Shown piece by piece: positions 35,454 through 45,395 of a stretch of 64,000 nucleotides of DNA. The stretch's first letter is position 1, and each line of letters starts with the position of its first letter. Source of the stretch: a virus. The notes beneath the pieces are model-generated. The model did not search any database, had not been told where the DNA came from, and saw only the letters and a program-made list of their open reading frames with translations. A program made the position numbers and the translations under genes. The stretch lies in the IMG/VR virus record IMGVR_UViG_3300046501_000246. One strand, 5' to 3'.

Positions 35454-35755
35454 GCTTTATATTCCACAAATGTTCCTTGAAATGTGTAACTGTCCATCAC
35501 GCTTACTTCTCCGTCAGGATCGCGCACAAGATATTGACCTTCTGCGATGGTCCACACCGTGCCAACGTTTTCTTGTTTGGTGAGGGTCAGCGTTAAAATT
35601 CTCGTGTCAAAGTCAAGTGAGGCCTTTACATCGTGACCTTGATTGCGCGATGCGCCAACAATAAATTTACTGGCTGCAATGAATGAATCGGCATCTTTGA
35701 CATAAAACTTCGCGGCGCTATATTCAGGTGTTCTCAATTTATAACTGCTAAACAT
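35450..35755 (-). CDS. Phage protein, same paralog family
   Basis: MFSSYKLRTP..AAKF...EGQYLVRDPDGEV. Confidence 0.65.
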   Translation of the reverse strand: MFSSYKLRTPEYSAAKFYVKDADSFIAASKFIVGASRNQGHDVKASLDFDTRILTLTLTKQENVGTVWTIAEGQYLVRDPDGEVSVMDSYTFQGTFVEYKA

Positions 35756-36011
35756 TCTTAATCCATTCCTCAATAATTGCTTTCGTGACAGCGCCAATCT
35801 TCGTCCCGACCAACACGCCATCGCCGTTATAGATTTGCATCGTTGGTACGGCTTTGATTTTCTCTTTTTCTGCTATAGCAGGATTTTTATCAATGTCAAT
35901 CACTTTGTGACGAAATCCGTCTAAATGTTTAACAAGTTCAAGAGAAGGTGCGTCCCACGAAGTGACATAAGCTGTGATGAAATAATTAGTCGAGGACAAT
36001 GGCGCGCTCAT
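35748..36011 (-). CDS. Thioredoxin-fold protein lacking CxxC
   Basis: TSWDAPS in place of WCxxC; IDIDKNPAIA, IKAVPTM, KIGA motifs. Confidence 0.7.
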   Translation of the reverse strand: MSAPLSSTNYFITAYVTSWDAPSLELVKHLDGFRHKVIDIDKNPAIAEKEKIKAVPTMQIYNGDGVLVGTKIGAVTKAIIEEWIKNV

Positions 36012-36411
36012 ATGGGAAAATTCCGTCAGTAGGGAGAGGGCGGGGCTGATAAGGAGTAAAGCCGGGAGGTGTCTGACCGGGAGGTGTCTGACCCGGAGGG
36101 TAGTACCATTCCTGCGTCGTTACTTCTGGTGGAGCAGGTTCGAAAATTTCGTTAAATTGCGCTTCACTCATAACATCATAATCGTTGTCACCGAATACGA
36201 CATAATCACCTTCCTTAATCGTGTCAATAGTGTATTCGTTTACTTCAAATGAAATGACTAAATGGGGAAAGTTGTCAGTTGGGACGCTGACCTCGAATGT
36301 ATCTCGCCTCGCATAAGGCTCCAACTTAATTAAAAGGTCGCCTAAAGTCTCTTTAGTAAATTTGAGCGCTTCGACTTTCGTTGATTTTTTGGGTCTATAT
36401 TTAGTTGTCAT
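35986..36411 (-). CDS. Phage protein, same paralog family, with PPGQT repeats
   Basis: KYRPKKSTKVEALKF...EGDYVVF; 15-bp tandem repeat near 36062-36098. Confidence 0.7.
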   Translation of the reverse strand: MTTKYRPKKSTKVEALKFTKETLGDLLIKLEPYARRDTFEVSVPTDNFPHLVISFEVNEYTIDTIKEGDYVVFGDNDYDVMSEAQFNEIFEPAPPEVTTQEWYYPPGQTPPGQTPPGFTPYQPRPLPTDGIFPYERAIVLD

Positions 36412-36492
36412 GAAATTAAAAAACTCTCCATAAATTTAATTATGAAGAGCTTTAGCATAACGATTTTAGAAAGTCAATAGGGAAATTTAATT

Positions 36493-37125
36493 TTATGGCG
36501 TTTGATCAATCACGACAGGCCAATAAGAATCATCGACAAAGTTATCAGGAATTGGGTCCATATCCTTTATGACACGTCCAGCTGCGATGTGCGCCTGTTT
36601 GTGAACCAGCGCGGTGAAGCCGAAACGAATAACAGTTGGAGCATCCATAGCTACGCGCGTATTATCTGCTGCGATCCACTCGAACATATCAGGTGCAGAA
36701 GGTAATAGAAGCTTTTGCCATCCATAATCACCTTCTTGAGCACCAAGGAAAACGGCACTTGAAGCGGCTTGGACCGCACCAGCAATATTTTCTCTATCGT
36801 CTGGTCTAGCCTGATAAAGAACGTGTTCAAAATAAAAGCCGTTTACGATTCGCCTGTCTCGCTCTATATCTATTACGGTAGAGCTTGGCGGTACTGGTTC
36901 TTCGCTAGGGATATCGTTAATATTTGCGACATATCCCCACTTGCCGTCTCTGAACACTCTGATATTATTATTTTTTACAGGAGGTGGAGTGATCATTGTT
37001 GCGAAGGCTGGAACAAGGAAAGCTCCTGAGTCTAGGCCATCAGGGTTATCCAATGGGTCAGGCACAGCAATGTTAGAGGAGACAAACTCACCTGTCGCTG
37101 GATCATAATTATGAATATAACGCAT
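36493..37125 (-). CDS. Tail fibre assembly / DUF4376-like protein
   Basis: YDPATGEF, FLVPAFATMITPP, WIAADNTRV; follows the fibre gene. Confidence 0.75.
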   Translation of the reverse strand: MRYIHNYDPATGEFVSSNIAVPDPLDNPDGLDSGAFLVPAFATMITPPPVKNNNIRVFRDGKWGYVANINDIPSEEPVPPSSTVIDIERDRRIVNGFYFEHVLYQARPDDRENIAGAVQAASSAVFLGAQEGDYGWQKLLLPSAPDMFEWIAADNTRVAMDAPTVIRFGFTALVHKQAHIAAGRVIKDMDPIPDNFVDDSYWPVVIDQTP

Positions 37126-37141
37126 GTCGGGGTAATTTCCT

Positions 37142-38119
37142 TTAGTATTTAATCGCGAACATCAGCGCAACGTTGACAGGTCTTGATTCATTGCCACCAC
37201 TTGCTTGAATAGAAATATTGGTAGAAGCAGCATAAATACCAATGTTAGAACTGGCCGCAGCGGTGTTAGAACTTCTAAATTGCGTGCCCTGCGATGTACC
37301 GGCCTGAAAACTGTTCGCGCTAACGTTGGCACCACCGCCTCCGTGCGCGTGACCCGGATCGGAAACACTGTGGGCGTGACCCGGATCGCTAACTCCGTGG
37401 GTGTGAGATGCGTTCTGGTTAGCCTGTACCGTACCGAAACCACGTCCGCTATCAACGGCTCTTCCATGATCCCAACCACGAATGAACACGCCACGAAGGT
37501 CAGGAATATTGAACGTGGTTGAACCGTCGCCAGAACCGTGCGCCGTGCCAATTTTAGCATAGAGTGCAGAATAAGTGGTTCTGCTGATCGCAGCACCATT
37601 ACACTCTAAATAACCAGTTGGCAAGGTGGCCATGGCAAAAGTGAAAATGCTACCGACTTGAACAGAGAAAACGTTTGTAATACTCGCTTCGATAGATTGT
37701 AACGAAGTTTCAAGCGTAGAACTGCTGCGTTGAATTTGAGCCGTGTTGTAGTCATTATTTACGGGCACAACACTACCCGACCTCCCGTTGAAAGACGAAA
37801 CACCAGCTACCGCACCAGTCGCAACACCGGCCCAATATTTCGCACTACGTTTTCCCGGTTCAACTTCGTCTGGACTTTCGGCCCAAAGCGCTGATTTATC
37901 TTTGGAAGCTGTTGCAGCTGTTGCAGCGGCTTGCGCCATCGTGACATAACCGCCAGCCGTGGTGCCGATTTGAGCGTAAAATTTGGCAAGGCTAGGAACA
38001 GAGCCACTATCAATTGCCACATCTTGAGTGCTGGTGCCATTAACGATGGCGTCAAGGCGTACCATATTGGTACTCAGTTTGTCAACTTTTGCTTGGATTT
38101 CGGTAGCACTATCTGCCAT
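37142..38119 (-). CDS. Tail fibre with phage tail-collar domain
   Basis: GYLECNGAAISRTTYSALYAKIGT...GDGSTTFNIPDLRGVFIRGWD, SHTH repeats, ESRPVNVA. Confidence 0.9.
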   Translation of the reverse strand: MADSATEIQAKVDKLSTNMVRLDAIVNGTSTQDVAIDSGSVPSLAKFYAQIGTTAGGYVTMAQAAATAATASKDKSALWAESPDEVEPGKRSAKYWAGVATGAVAGVSSFNGRSGSVVPVNNDYNTAQIQRSSSTLETSLQSIEASITNVFSVQVGSIFTFAMATLPTGYLECNGAAISRTTYSALYAKIGTAHGSGDGSTTFNIPDLRGVFIRGWDHGRAVDSGRGFGTVQANQNASHTHGVSDPGHAHSVSDPGHAHGGGGANVSANSFQAGTSQGTQFRSSNTAAASSNIGIYAASTNISIQASGGNESRPVNVALMFAIKY

Positions 38120-38172
38120 TAAGTTTATGCCTTAAATAAAAAATCTCTCAGAGATTATATAATATCTGAGAG

Positions 38173-38201
38173 ACTATAACATAACTTTTTTAAAAAGTCA
38201 A
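38173..38201 (-). promoter_or_regulatory. sigma70-like promoter
   Basis: TTGACT-ttttaaaaaagttatgt-TATAGT. Confidence 0.78.
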
Positions 38202-38226
38202 GTTTTAAATGTAATAATCCAAAATT

Positions 38227-38493
38227 TTAGTAAGCACTGACAGCTGCTTTAGCGCCACCGCCTACGTTACCGGAACGAATGTAAACGTTATTTGAACCTA
38301 GGTCATTTAATTTAATGGTGCAAAGACTTTTAAGTTCATGACCTACAACGTTAGCCAAATCGGATGGAGCAGCAGCTACGCCCCAAAAGACAGGAAGTGT
38401 AGAAGGGTTGTAGATAATGACGGTAGCTTTTGCCGCCGAAACTGCGGTCCAAGTTGAATCGGCTAGGGTGAAGTCAGTTGTTAAAGCAGCCAT
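38227..38493 (-). CDS. Small beta-rich protein (paralog of 43803..44063)
   Basis: N-terminal TLADSTWTAV resembles TVSNSWVLV. Confidence 0.65.
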   Translation of the reverse strand: MAALTTDFTLADSTWTAVSAAKATVIIYNPSTLPVFWGVAAAPSDLANVVGHELKSLCTIKLNDLGSNNVYIRSGNVGGGAKAAVSAY

Positions 38494-38517
38494 AATGGTG
38501 TCTCACTTTTTAAAAGA

Positions 38518-39732
38518 TTAAACAAATTTGTAATAAGGATCGAGGTATGGAACCATGTTCGCTGCGACGACAGCAGCCATATTGGCATGATCTGTTACGC
38601 CGGGGTGAATCTGATCACTTGGATAAGTCGTAAAGTCGCCAGCAGCAGCATTAATGTCATGGTACTGATCGATTAGACCATCAGCGCCAGCAGCTAGCCA
38701 TGCGTTGTAATCATTCCTTACAATATTTCTAGCACTATCGTAAGTTCCGCGCGGGATAATCGATGTGGCATGAATTCTGAGGCGATTGCCGTAAGGCCCG
38801 ATCAGGCCGCGAGCATAACTCGCCAGATCGGTAAATCTGGTTTTCATCGTCGCTAATGAAGCACTGTTGGCAATATCGTTAGTGCCTAATTGAATTAATA
38901 GGTCTGTGCAATAAGGCCACAATTGCTTCTGCAACGGAGCACTAGCTAGTTGCTGGTTTCCTAATGTGTTGGCATCGATAGTCTGTTTATGCCAAGGAAA
39001 GACAACACCATTAACGTTCTGCATCGCTCTGGTTAGAAAGCCTTGAGTCGTGGAAGTGTTAGTATCGTTTAGGTAAGTTGCAATGCTATCACCAACAATA
39101 CAAATAGCAGGCATAGGCACATCTGGAATACCTAAAATAAGGGCGGGCCAAATCGCAGGACCAGAGCCTGTGCCGCTGTTGTTCAGCGAGCCGTTGCTCA
39201 TTAACTGGTTTCCAGATACTGTTCTAAAACCTTGGCTGGCAATACTGTTCAAAGTCATAGCACTAAAGCTGTCAGTATCACTTGGTACAGTTCTATAAAA
39301 ACGTGTATAATTTCTAGAATTCTTGGCCCACGTTATATTGATTTCATCGCTAATAATAAGGCCAGAATTTACGAGGTCAGCCGTGGTGGAACCGCCATCC
39401 CATGTTGCACGCGTCGTAATAGTCCCGTTTTCTACTGATCTTTGCCAAGTGGACGTAGCTGCCGCAGCACCTGATTCAACTCCTGAGCCAGCAGTAATTT
39501 TAAATTGTACATCTACAATTTTAATTCTAGAACAGTTAGCATTACCAATGTCGTGCCCGTTTCTACCTTGGTTGGCAGCATAAGAGCTAGTTTTTTGCAC
39601 CGCGCTTCCATTAGGAACGCCGGTAAAACCTGCAATCAACTGGTGATTGACAGGCTTTGGGTAAACCTTTCCGCTGATCGCGGAAATGTTAGCTGGTGCA
39701 ATGTTTCTTTTTTTATTTTTTGAAATAGGCAT
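38518..39732 (-). CDS. SGNH/GDSL hydrolase (probable esterase)
   Basis: IVGDSIA, LGTND, DQIHP; starts MPISKNKKRN. Confidence 0.85.
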   Translation of the reverse strand: MPISKNKKRNIAPANISAISGKVYPKPVNHQLIAGFTGVPNGSAVQKTSSYAANQGRNGHDIGNANCSRIKIVDVQFKITAGSGVESGAAAATSTWQRSVENGTITTRATWDGGSTTADLVNSGLIISDEINITWAKNSRNYTRFYRTVPSDTDSFSAMTLNSIASQGFRTVSGNQLMSNGSLNNSGTGSGPAIWPALILGIPDVPMPAICIVGDSIATYLNDTNTSTTQGFLTRAMQNVNGVVFPWHKQTIDANTLGNQQLASAPLQKQLWPYCTDLLIQLGTNDIANSASLATMKTRFTDLASYARGLIGPYGNRLRIHATSIIPRGTYDSARNIVRNDYNAWLAAGADGLIDQYHDINAAAGDFTTYPSDQIHPGVTDHANMAAVVAANMVPYLDPYYKFV

Positions 39733-42700
39733 TATGCTGTTACCGTAAGTGAGACAAAATAATCTTTAATATCGATGCCACGAGTTTGACGAAGGATACA
39801 TCCAACGGTCGAACCGTTAGTGACTACAGCCGAACCACGTGCGATATCGCCGTTTGAGTTGACGTAGATAGCTCCACCAGTATAAGCCGTTGGCGCTGTA
39901 GCTGAGTTAAGTAGAACGCGAGTCTCGTTGTTTAAGAGAGCGGGCTGATCAACAATAACGGCGTCTAGCGCAGTGCTGGTAGCTGATAAAGTTCCTGTAG
40001 CCGTTAAGACTGACATAGGAGTTGCTAAGTCACCAGTTCTGGCGATAGGAGTAGACGTTGCATAAGTATCATCATATGCAAGGTTAGTTACTGTGCCATC
40101 TGTAACAACGATGTGGATACGATCTACACGGCTGATCAAACAACCCATGTCGGCGGTCTGGATAACATAGCTAGGACCCGTTGCACCATCGATCCAACGG
40201 CAGTCATAACCCAAATGCTCGGACCAATTAGCTAGCTGAACAACGGGACGGTGACGACGCCATTGATATGAGCGAGTAATTGTTGCACCCGGAAACTGAG
40301 CCAAGATCGCAGATGTATCAAACTCAGTATCTGTGCCGTCAAGTGATTGACCAACGGCGCGAGTTCCAGTGACCACGGCGCGCGTAACAATCGGAGGAGG
40401 AGCAACAACTACGCCCTTGTAGATAAAGTGATCGGACCAAGTGAAGCTCTGCATCGTACCAGCAGTTGGTACATTAGTATCAGTACGTCTCAAAGTGGTT
40501 GTGACGTTGTGGAACACAATACCTCTGAAAATACCTGAAGTAGGTCTGTCAATGCTGATGCCGTTGGCACACTTCCAAATCAATTCGTCATGAACCGCGA
40601 TATCGGCACGATAAGGCTTACCAACGTAACCAGAAACAGAAATACCAGAATAAGAGTGGGCTCTGTTAATGTCGTACCAAGTGTTGTCGTAAATTTCGTG
40701 ACTCAGTGAGCCGCCTTGGTTATCGTAACCACCAATACCGTAACCAAATGAGTAGCTATTCATTTTGGCATGAGTACATTTATTACGGCAGAATACGTGG
40801 AAGTCACCTTCGTCTGTACCCTTTACGAAGTTATTACCGTCTAGTTTATTGTCATGACTATAGACATAGCTCGCCATGTTCGTAACGAGGCAACCCTTAC
40901 CTGAGCTAGTTTTAACGCTAGCCATGTCGAGGAAACAGCCGCGTGCGATGAAACCACGGTTTTTAGTCGTGAAACGATCTTCACGTAACTGAACCGCGTC
41001 ACCTTCGGGAGAGAAGACTGGCTTGGTGTTAACCGTATCTAGAATTACTCTATCTGTGTTATCTAGGTAAATACCATCGGACCAAACACGATCTAGTGTA
41101 ACTCTACGAAGTGTAATGTCGTTACCGTTTTGGAAGAACAAGCCTTGTGAGTTTTCATTCTTCGCGACATAGCCGCAAGGATCGAAGAAGCAATCTTCGA
41201 TGAGCCAGTTGCTACCCTGACGCTGCTGAAGGCCGCGCTGGTTGCCAGCAATGTTCAGGTTTTTAATCGTAACATTGCTTAGGCCTTGAGTGCCGTCTGT
41301 GTATTGGTCGATACCGAAAGTAACACCAGTGCCAATGGTTGGATAACCACCAGTGCCATAAGCATCATAGGTGCGGCTCGCGCCAACAACTAGAGCAGTG
41401 GCCCAAGACGAACCACGCTTAAGGAGGGCGGAACCACTTGAAGTGATTGAACCAGTTCCGGTTAGATTCTGCTTTGCCGTGTCAGGAGTTTGACCATCGA
41501 AACCATCATTACCACCGGCTAGATCGTAATATGTTGCTGGACCTAAAACAGTTAGTGGAGCAGAATAAGCCGTGGTTGAACCAATGCCGTTTGTTGCTGT
41601 TACGCCGACACGAATTCTCTTACCAACATCGCCAGTGGCGGGAACATAGATAGAAGTGGTTGCGCCAGAGACGTTGGCCCAATCGCCAGCATTTAGCGTA
41701 GCTTCTAACTGAACCTGCATCGCGAAAGTGGTTGGCTGGTGATTCCACGAACCAAGTGTGATGTTGTGAGCCACACCGACTCGCGTCTCAGTCGCTGTGA
41801 TGGCCGGAATAACTAGATTGGCAGGCGCAAGGGTTTGAGCCGTAGAGCCTTCTAGAGTGATACCAGCTGTCGTGACATTGTGTGTAAAGCTCGTGTTTGA
41901 ATAGGTAACTTTGGCAGTAATAGCTTTACCGGCGTGTTCGGCGCGAGACGTAAATTTATTTTTACCAAGTGCAAGACCTGTGTAAGCGCCCCAAGGAACA
42001 TCAATGTAGGACTGGCCAGCAGTGGGATCAACCGTGAAGTTATTAGAACCAGACCCAATGTTTGTCATGGCAAGTCTTATACGAAGGAGATCAGTACTGG
42101 CCCACGCGCCTAAATCGGCAGTCACAGAGGTTGTGATCACACCTGTCGTGGCAGGAATAGCTGCGGTTCCCAATGTGCCGTGAACTAGTTGAACTTCTGA
42201 GCCTTGAACCGTGCCGGCTGAGTCGACTCGTGCCGCATAAATTCTAACGCTCATCTGTGAGTTAGGGCTTGAGCTTTTAATAGTTGCAGAATAAAGCTGC
42301 GGCCCATCGTTCTGACCAGCGGCGGTAGTACCGGGCAAGTAGTAGTAATCACTTTCAGTTGTGAAAGGTGAAACAGAAGAAGCGTTTGTGTTAGAACCAC
42401 CATATGCAGATGTCGAAAATCCTCTGGTATAGTTTTGACCTTGAGGGAGTGTGCCGAAAGCTGCTACGGTCTGAGCATAAAATCTTTTTGGCGATCTAGT
42501 GTCGTTAATTTTAATACCATCAGCTTGCCATTCCCAAGCTGCCTCTTTAGCAAAATTAGTGTAAACACCCGGAACGACTGCAATTTCAGAGCCGATAAGG
42601 TTAGTTCCAGATAATGAAGGGGCTGTGGTTACAGCCGTGTCTAAATAAGCAATAGGTCCGATAGCATTGGCACTAACCCAAGCCGATGTGCCAGCAGTAT

Positions 42701-43304
42701 TAACAGCTGCAACTTGAGCCGTAATATTGTCAAAGTCATCGTCTTCTTGAAGTGTATAAGTGCTTGCGTTCGCGCCGGGGATAAGGTACGAGCCTCTGAG
42801 CCAACGATATAGGAAAGTCGTTGGGTTATTGGCCCAAGTTCCCGGATTAACTGTTAGAGTGCTTCCGACAATGGCTGAACCAGTTGTGACAGGGGCAACA
42901 GTATTGGCGGCAAGGAGGTCCCAATGCCAACCCGTAACGTTTTTAATTAGGAAAGCTGAAGCTGTTACTTTAAGGGTGTGGTCGATACCGCGTGTGCCGA
43001 AAGCTGTGAAATCGTAAGTGAAGTCACCATTGGCATCAGTAACGGCAGTTTTAGCCGCAGCGCCATCGAGTGAAAGGGAAACGTTCTGGCCTTCGACAAG
43101 ATTGCCGGGAGAAAGCAAACGACCTGTAACAACTGGCGTCGTATCTGTTCTGACGAGCAAACTAGCGCCGGTTCCGCCGCCGCTGTTAATGTCGGAGATT
43201 TGAACTTTGTAAGGTACACCATTATCATCTACAAGAAGTAATGATCCTGTAGCGATAGCGTCAACCGGGGCTGGTGGTAAAGTTTCTACTGAAACGCGTG
43301 CCAT
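39732..43304 (-). CDS. Large adhesin/depolymerase: Ig-like repeats plus beta-helix
   Basis: Four PxxxG...VG..L....G.W...Y.W repeats around a PbH1-type region. Confidence 0.78.
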   Translation of the reverse strand: MARVSVETLPPAPVDAIATGSLLLVDDNGVPYKVQISDINSGGGTGASLLVRTDTTPVVTGRLLSPGNLVEGQNVSLSLDGAAAKTAVTDANGDFTYDFTAFGTRGIDHTLKVTASAFLIKNVTGWHWDLLAANTVAPVTTGSAIVGSTLTVNPGTWANNPTTFLYRWLRGSYLIPGANASTYTLQEDDDFDNITAQVAAVNTAGTSAWVSANAIGPIAYLDTAVTTAPSLSGTNLIGSEIAVVPGVYTNFAKEAAWEWQADGIKINDTRSPKRFYAQTVAAFGTLPQGQNYTRGFSTSAYGGSNTNASSVSPFTTESDYYYLPGTTAAGQNDGPQLYSATIKSSSPNSQMSVRIYAARVDSAGTVQGSEVQLVHGTLGTAAIPATTGVITTSVTADLGAWASTDLLRIRLAMTNIGSGSNNFTVDPTAGQSYIDVPWGAYTGLALGKNKFTSRAEHAGKAITAKVTYSNTSFTHNVTTAGITLEGSTAQTLAPANLVIPAITATETRVGVAHNITLGSWNHQPTTFAMQVQLEATLNAGDWANVSGATTSIYVPATGDVGKRIRVGVTATNGIGSTTAYSAPLTVLGPATYYDLAGGNDGFDGQTPDTAKQNLTGTGSITSSGSALLKRGSSWATALVVGASRTYDAYGTGGYPTIGTGVTFGIDQYTDGTQGLSNVTIKNLNIAGNQRGLQQRQGSNWLIEDCFFDPCGYVAKNENSQGLFFQNGNDITLRRVTLDRVWSDGIYLDNTDRVILDTVNTKPVFSPEGDAVQLREDRFTTKNRGFIARGCFLDMASVKTSSGKGCLVTNMASYVYSHDNKLDGNNFVKGTDEGDFHVFCRNKCTHAKMNSYSFGYGIGGYDNQGGSLSHEIYDNTWYDINRAHSYSGISVSGYVGKPYRADIAVHDELIWKCANGISIDRPTSGIFRGIVFHNVTTTLRRTDTNVPTAGTMQSFTWSDHFIYKGVVVAPPPIVTRAVVTGTRAVGQSLDGTDTEFDTSAILAQFPGATITRSYQWRRHRPVVQLANWSEHLGYDCRWIDGATGPSYVIQTADMGCLISRVDRIHIVVTDGTVTNLAYDDTYATSTPIARTGDLATPMSVLTATGTLSATSTALDAVIVDQPALLNNETRVLLNSATAPTAYTGGAIYVNSNGDIARGSAVVTNGSTVGCILRQTRGIDIKDYFVSLTVTA

Positions 43305-43309
43305 AAGTA

Positions 43310-43798
43310 TTATTGCTCCAAAAAGTCTACTAGTGTGGCGAAAGAAACTCGTCTAGAGCCATCTTCCGTGACAATGAAAGTGTAGCCAGAAATAGTGGCT
43401 GTGGAATTTAATTCATTTAAAAATTTATTTTGTAGGGTGTGGATACCTACATCATCGGCTTCTCTGTCGCCGGAATAACCAACATTATTTAAAGATTCAT
43501 CTAGAAGAAGTAGGGAAAATTCTTCTGTAGGGGTAGGTGAAGTTACTCCACCACCGGGACCGCCATTGCTGCCACCGTCTCCACTATCGCCATCGTCTGG
43601 ATGCCCGCCGCCATCACTTCCACCGCCGCCTGTGCCGCCACCGGGATTTTGCGCCAGCTTCTTTGCTTCGTCTTCAATCTCAGGGTTGCCGATGTAAAAA
43701 TGGACCTTTCCAATAGACCAACGGATTTTACGCCCACTTTTCTTGATAAAAAAGGAGCGTCGTAATCTATTATTTAATGAAGAGCCACGAATCGACAT
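43310..43798 (-). CDS. Hypothetical protein with Gly-rich linker
   Basis: Basic N-terminus, Gly/Asp run, fibre-attachment-like C-terminus. Confidence 0.65.
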   Translation of the reverse strand: MSIRGSSLNNRLRRSFFIKKSGRKIRWSIGKVHFYIGNPEIEDEAKKLAQNPGGGTGGGGSDGGGHPDDGDSGDGGSNGGPGGGVTSPTPTEEFSLLLLDESLNNVGYSGDREADDVGIHTLQNKFLNELNSTATISGYTFIVTEDGSRRVSFATLVDFLEQ

Positions 43799-43802
43799 GG
43801 AA

Positions 43803-44063
43803 TTAAACCGTCAAGACTTTAACAATAACTTCTTGGGCGGGACATCTAATGAAGATTTTATCGGTATTGGCAGTGAGTGAGGAGGCGCTGAAATTGTCGT
43901 CAGCATCGATCTGCACGAAATCCTGCGTGTTGTCGGCAGGCGTGTCAGGGCCAATAAAAAGTTCAAGATCGAACTGCTTATTGGCAAAAAGGAAAACTTC
44001 TGTAGTATTGAAAGCTACAAGAACCCAACTATTCGAAACGGTGTAAGCCTTAGAAGCGGCCAT
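43803..44063 (-). CDS. Small beta-rich protein (paralog of 38227..38493)
   Basis: Own promoter at 44099-44127. Confidence 0.65.
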   Translation of the reverse strand: MAASKAYTVSNSWVLVAFNTTEVFLFANKQFDLELFIGPDTPADNTQDFVQIDADDNFSASSLTANTDKIFIRCPAQEVIVKVLTV

Positions 44064-44098
44064 GATAATAATCCCTAAAATAATGTATTTTGGAGATT

Positions 44099-44127
44099 AA
44101 TATAACATTAAATTTTTAAAAAGTCAA
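44099..44127 (-). promoter_or_regulatory. sigma70-like promoter
   Basis: TTGACT-ttttaaaaatttaatgt-TATATT. Confidence 0.75.
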
Positions 44128-44153
44128 GAATTTATTACTTGGTCCAAAACTGC

Positions 44154-45329
44154 TTACACGGCCCACTTCTTCAGGGTTGTGGCAAGGAAGTTTCCAAGAT
44201 CAGTATATTGTGCTTCCATAGGATGATTTGCGTTAAACATCCAACCACGACTGTTCAATGTGACCCAATCTACATATCTGCCGTACTGATCAACCATAGG
44301 TAAATTGTTGGTGGCGGCGAGTTTCCTCAATGCTTCCCTGAACTGTTGTTGAACCTGATCAGTAATGGTATCAATACGTGACGGATTACCAGTCATCAGC
44401 AGTACATCAGCCCCGCCAGCTTTCGCCGCGTTGATAATGGATTGCATTTGAGTCGGATAAGTCGTGTTATAAGTTGTGGGGGAAAGAAGGGCGTTGTTAA
44501 TTGTTAAATCAATTATAACTAAATCAGCATCGGAACAATAAGTAGTCAATGCGTTAAGGGCTGACCAAGGGTTTGCTGTCGAAGTCCAATCTGAAGTCTG
44601 CGACGTACAATTTCCTATATTCCAAATATCAATAGCTTTTACCGTATCGTCCCAAGCTCTAACACCTGTTACGAATGCGTTACCTGAATCTCTCTTGATA
44701 TTGAGGGTATGTGAGCCTGTCGATCCGCAGTCGATAATAGTGCTTCTCAAGGTATTTGTTCCGTTTTGAGAAACAACTGTGTCTGAGCCACCGTCAACGT
44801 TGTAAGCAATCGCGCCGCCAGTCGTGATGATAATATCGATCAGTTCGAATTTAGAAACAGAAATTGGTGGGGTATAACTAAAAACACTGGTGGTATCAGC
44901 TGTGTTGGTAAAGAGGCAACCACCAGCCGTGGTAGAGCCTGACAAGACCCAACCGGCTGACGCTGGATTAAACCCCGGCTTAATCGAGTTTCTATTTTCC
45001 GCAATGGTGACGACTGAGGTTCCTACGCCAGAACTTCCAATTTTATTTTCATTAACGGCTGGAACTCCAATCGCGGTAAAAGAAGCCGCAAGTTTAGCGG
45101 GCCAACCTTTGGGCATGCAGCCAACGCGACTTCCGCCTGAGCCGGAACCTTCACCAAAAGTGGTACTGTCTCCGATGCAAACGATCTTACCGCGCCCCGT
45201 TCCGCTCGTGACGCGAGCCAATGCATCACGTGTTTTGCGAAACTGCGTCGAAGAAAAATTATAAAGCCCCGGCACAAGTGTTGCGCCAGAGCCTACAATT
45301 GCTCTTTTCTTACTTTTACCTAGTGCCAT
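44154..45329 (-). CDS. SGNH/GDSL hydrolase
   Basis: CIGDSTT, DLTINN, NANHP; starts MALGKSKKRA. Confidence 0.82.
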   Translation of the reverse strand: MALGKSKKRAIVGSGATLVPGLYNFSSTQFRKTRDALARVTSGTGRGKIVCIGDSTTFGEGSGSGGSRVGCMPKGWPAKLAASFTAIGVPAVNENKIGSSGVGTSVVTIAENRNSIKPGFNPASAGWVLSGSTTAGGCLFTNTADTTSVFSYTPPISVSKFELIDIIITTGGAIAYNVDGGSDTVVSQNGTNTLRSTIIDCGSTGSHTLNIKRDSGNAFVTGVRAWDDTVKAIDIWNIGNCTSQTSDWTSTANPWSALNALTTYCSDADLVIIDLTINNALLSPTTYNTTYPTQMQSIINAAKAGGADVLLMTGNPSRIDTITDQVQQQFREALRKLAATNNLPMVDQYGRYVDWVTLNSRGWMFNANHPMEAQYTDLGNFLATTLKKWAV

Positions 45330-45366
45330 GATACAAAAATACCCCCAAAATCCCAATTTTGAGGGT

Positions 45367-45395
45367 ATATTAGCATTAAATTTTTAAAAAGTCAA
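45367..45395 (-). promoter_or_regulatory. sigma70-like promoter overlapping the protease stop codon
   Basis: TTGACT-ttttaaaaatttaatgc-TAATAT. Confidence 0.72.

Noticed and set aside
36062-36098. 15-bp tandem repeat as a diversity element
   Set aside because: Only two and a bit copies encoding a PPGQT linker; ordinary slippage.
37142-38119. Diversity-generating retroelement or invertible tail-fibre cassette
   Set aside because: No reverse transcriptase, invertase or template/variable repeat pair seen.
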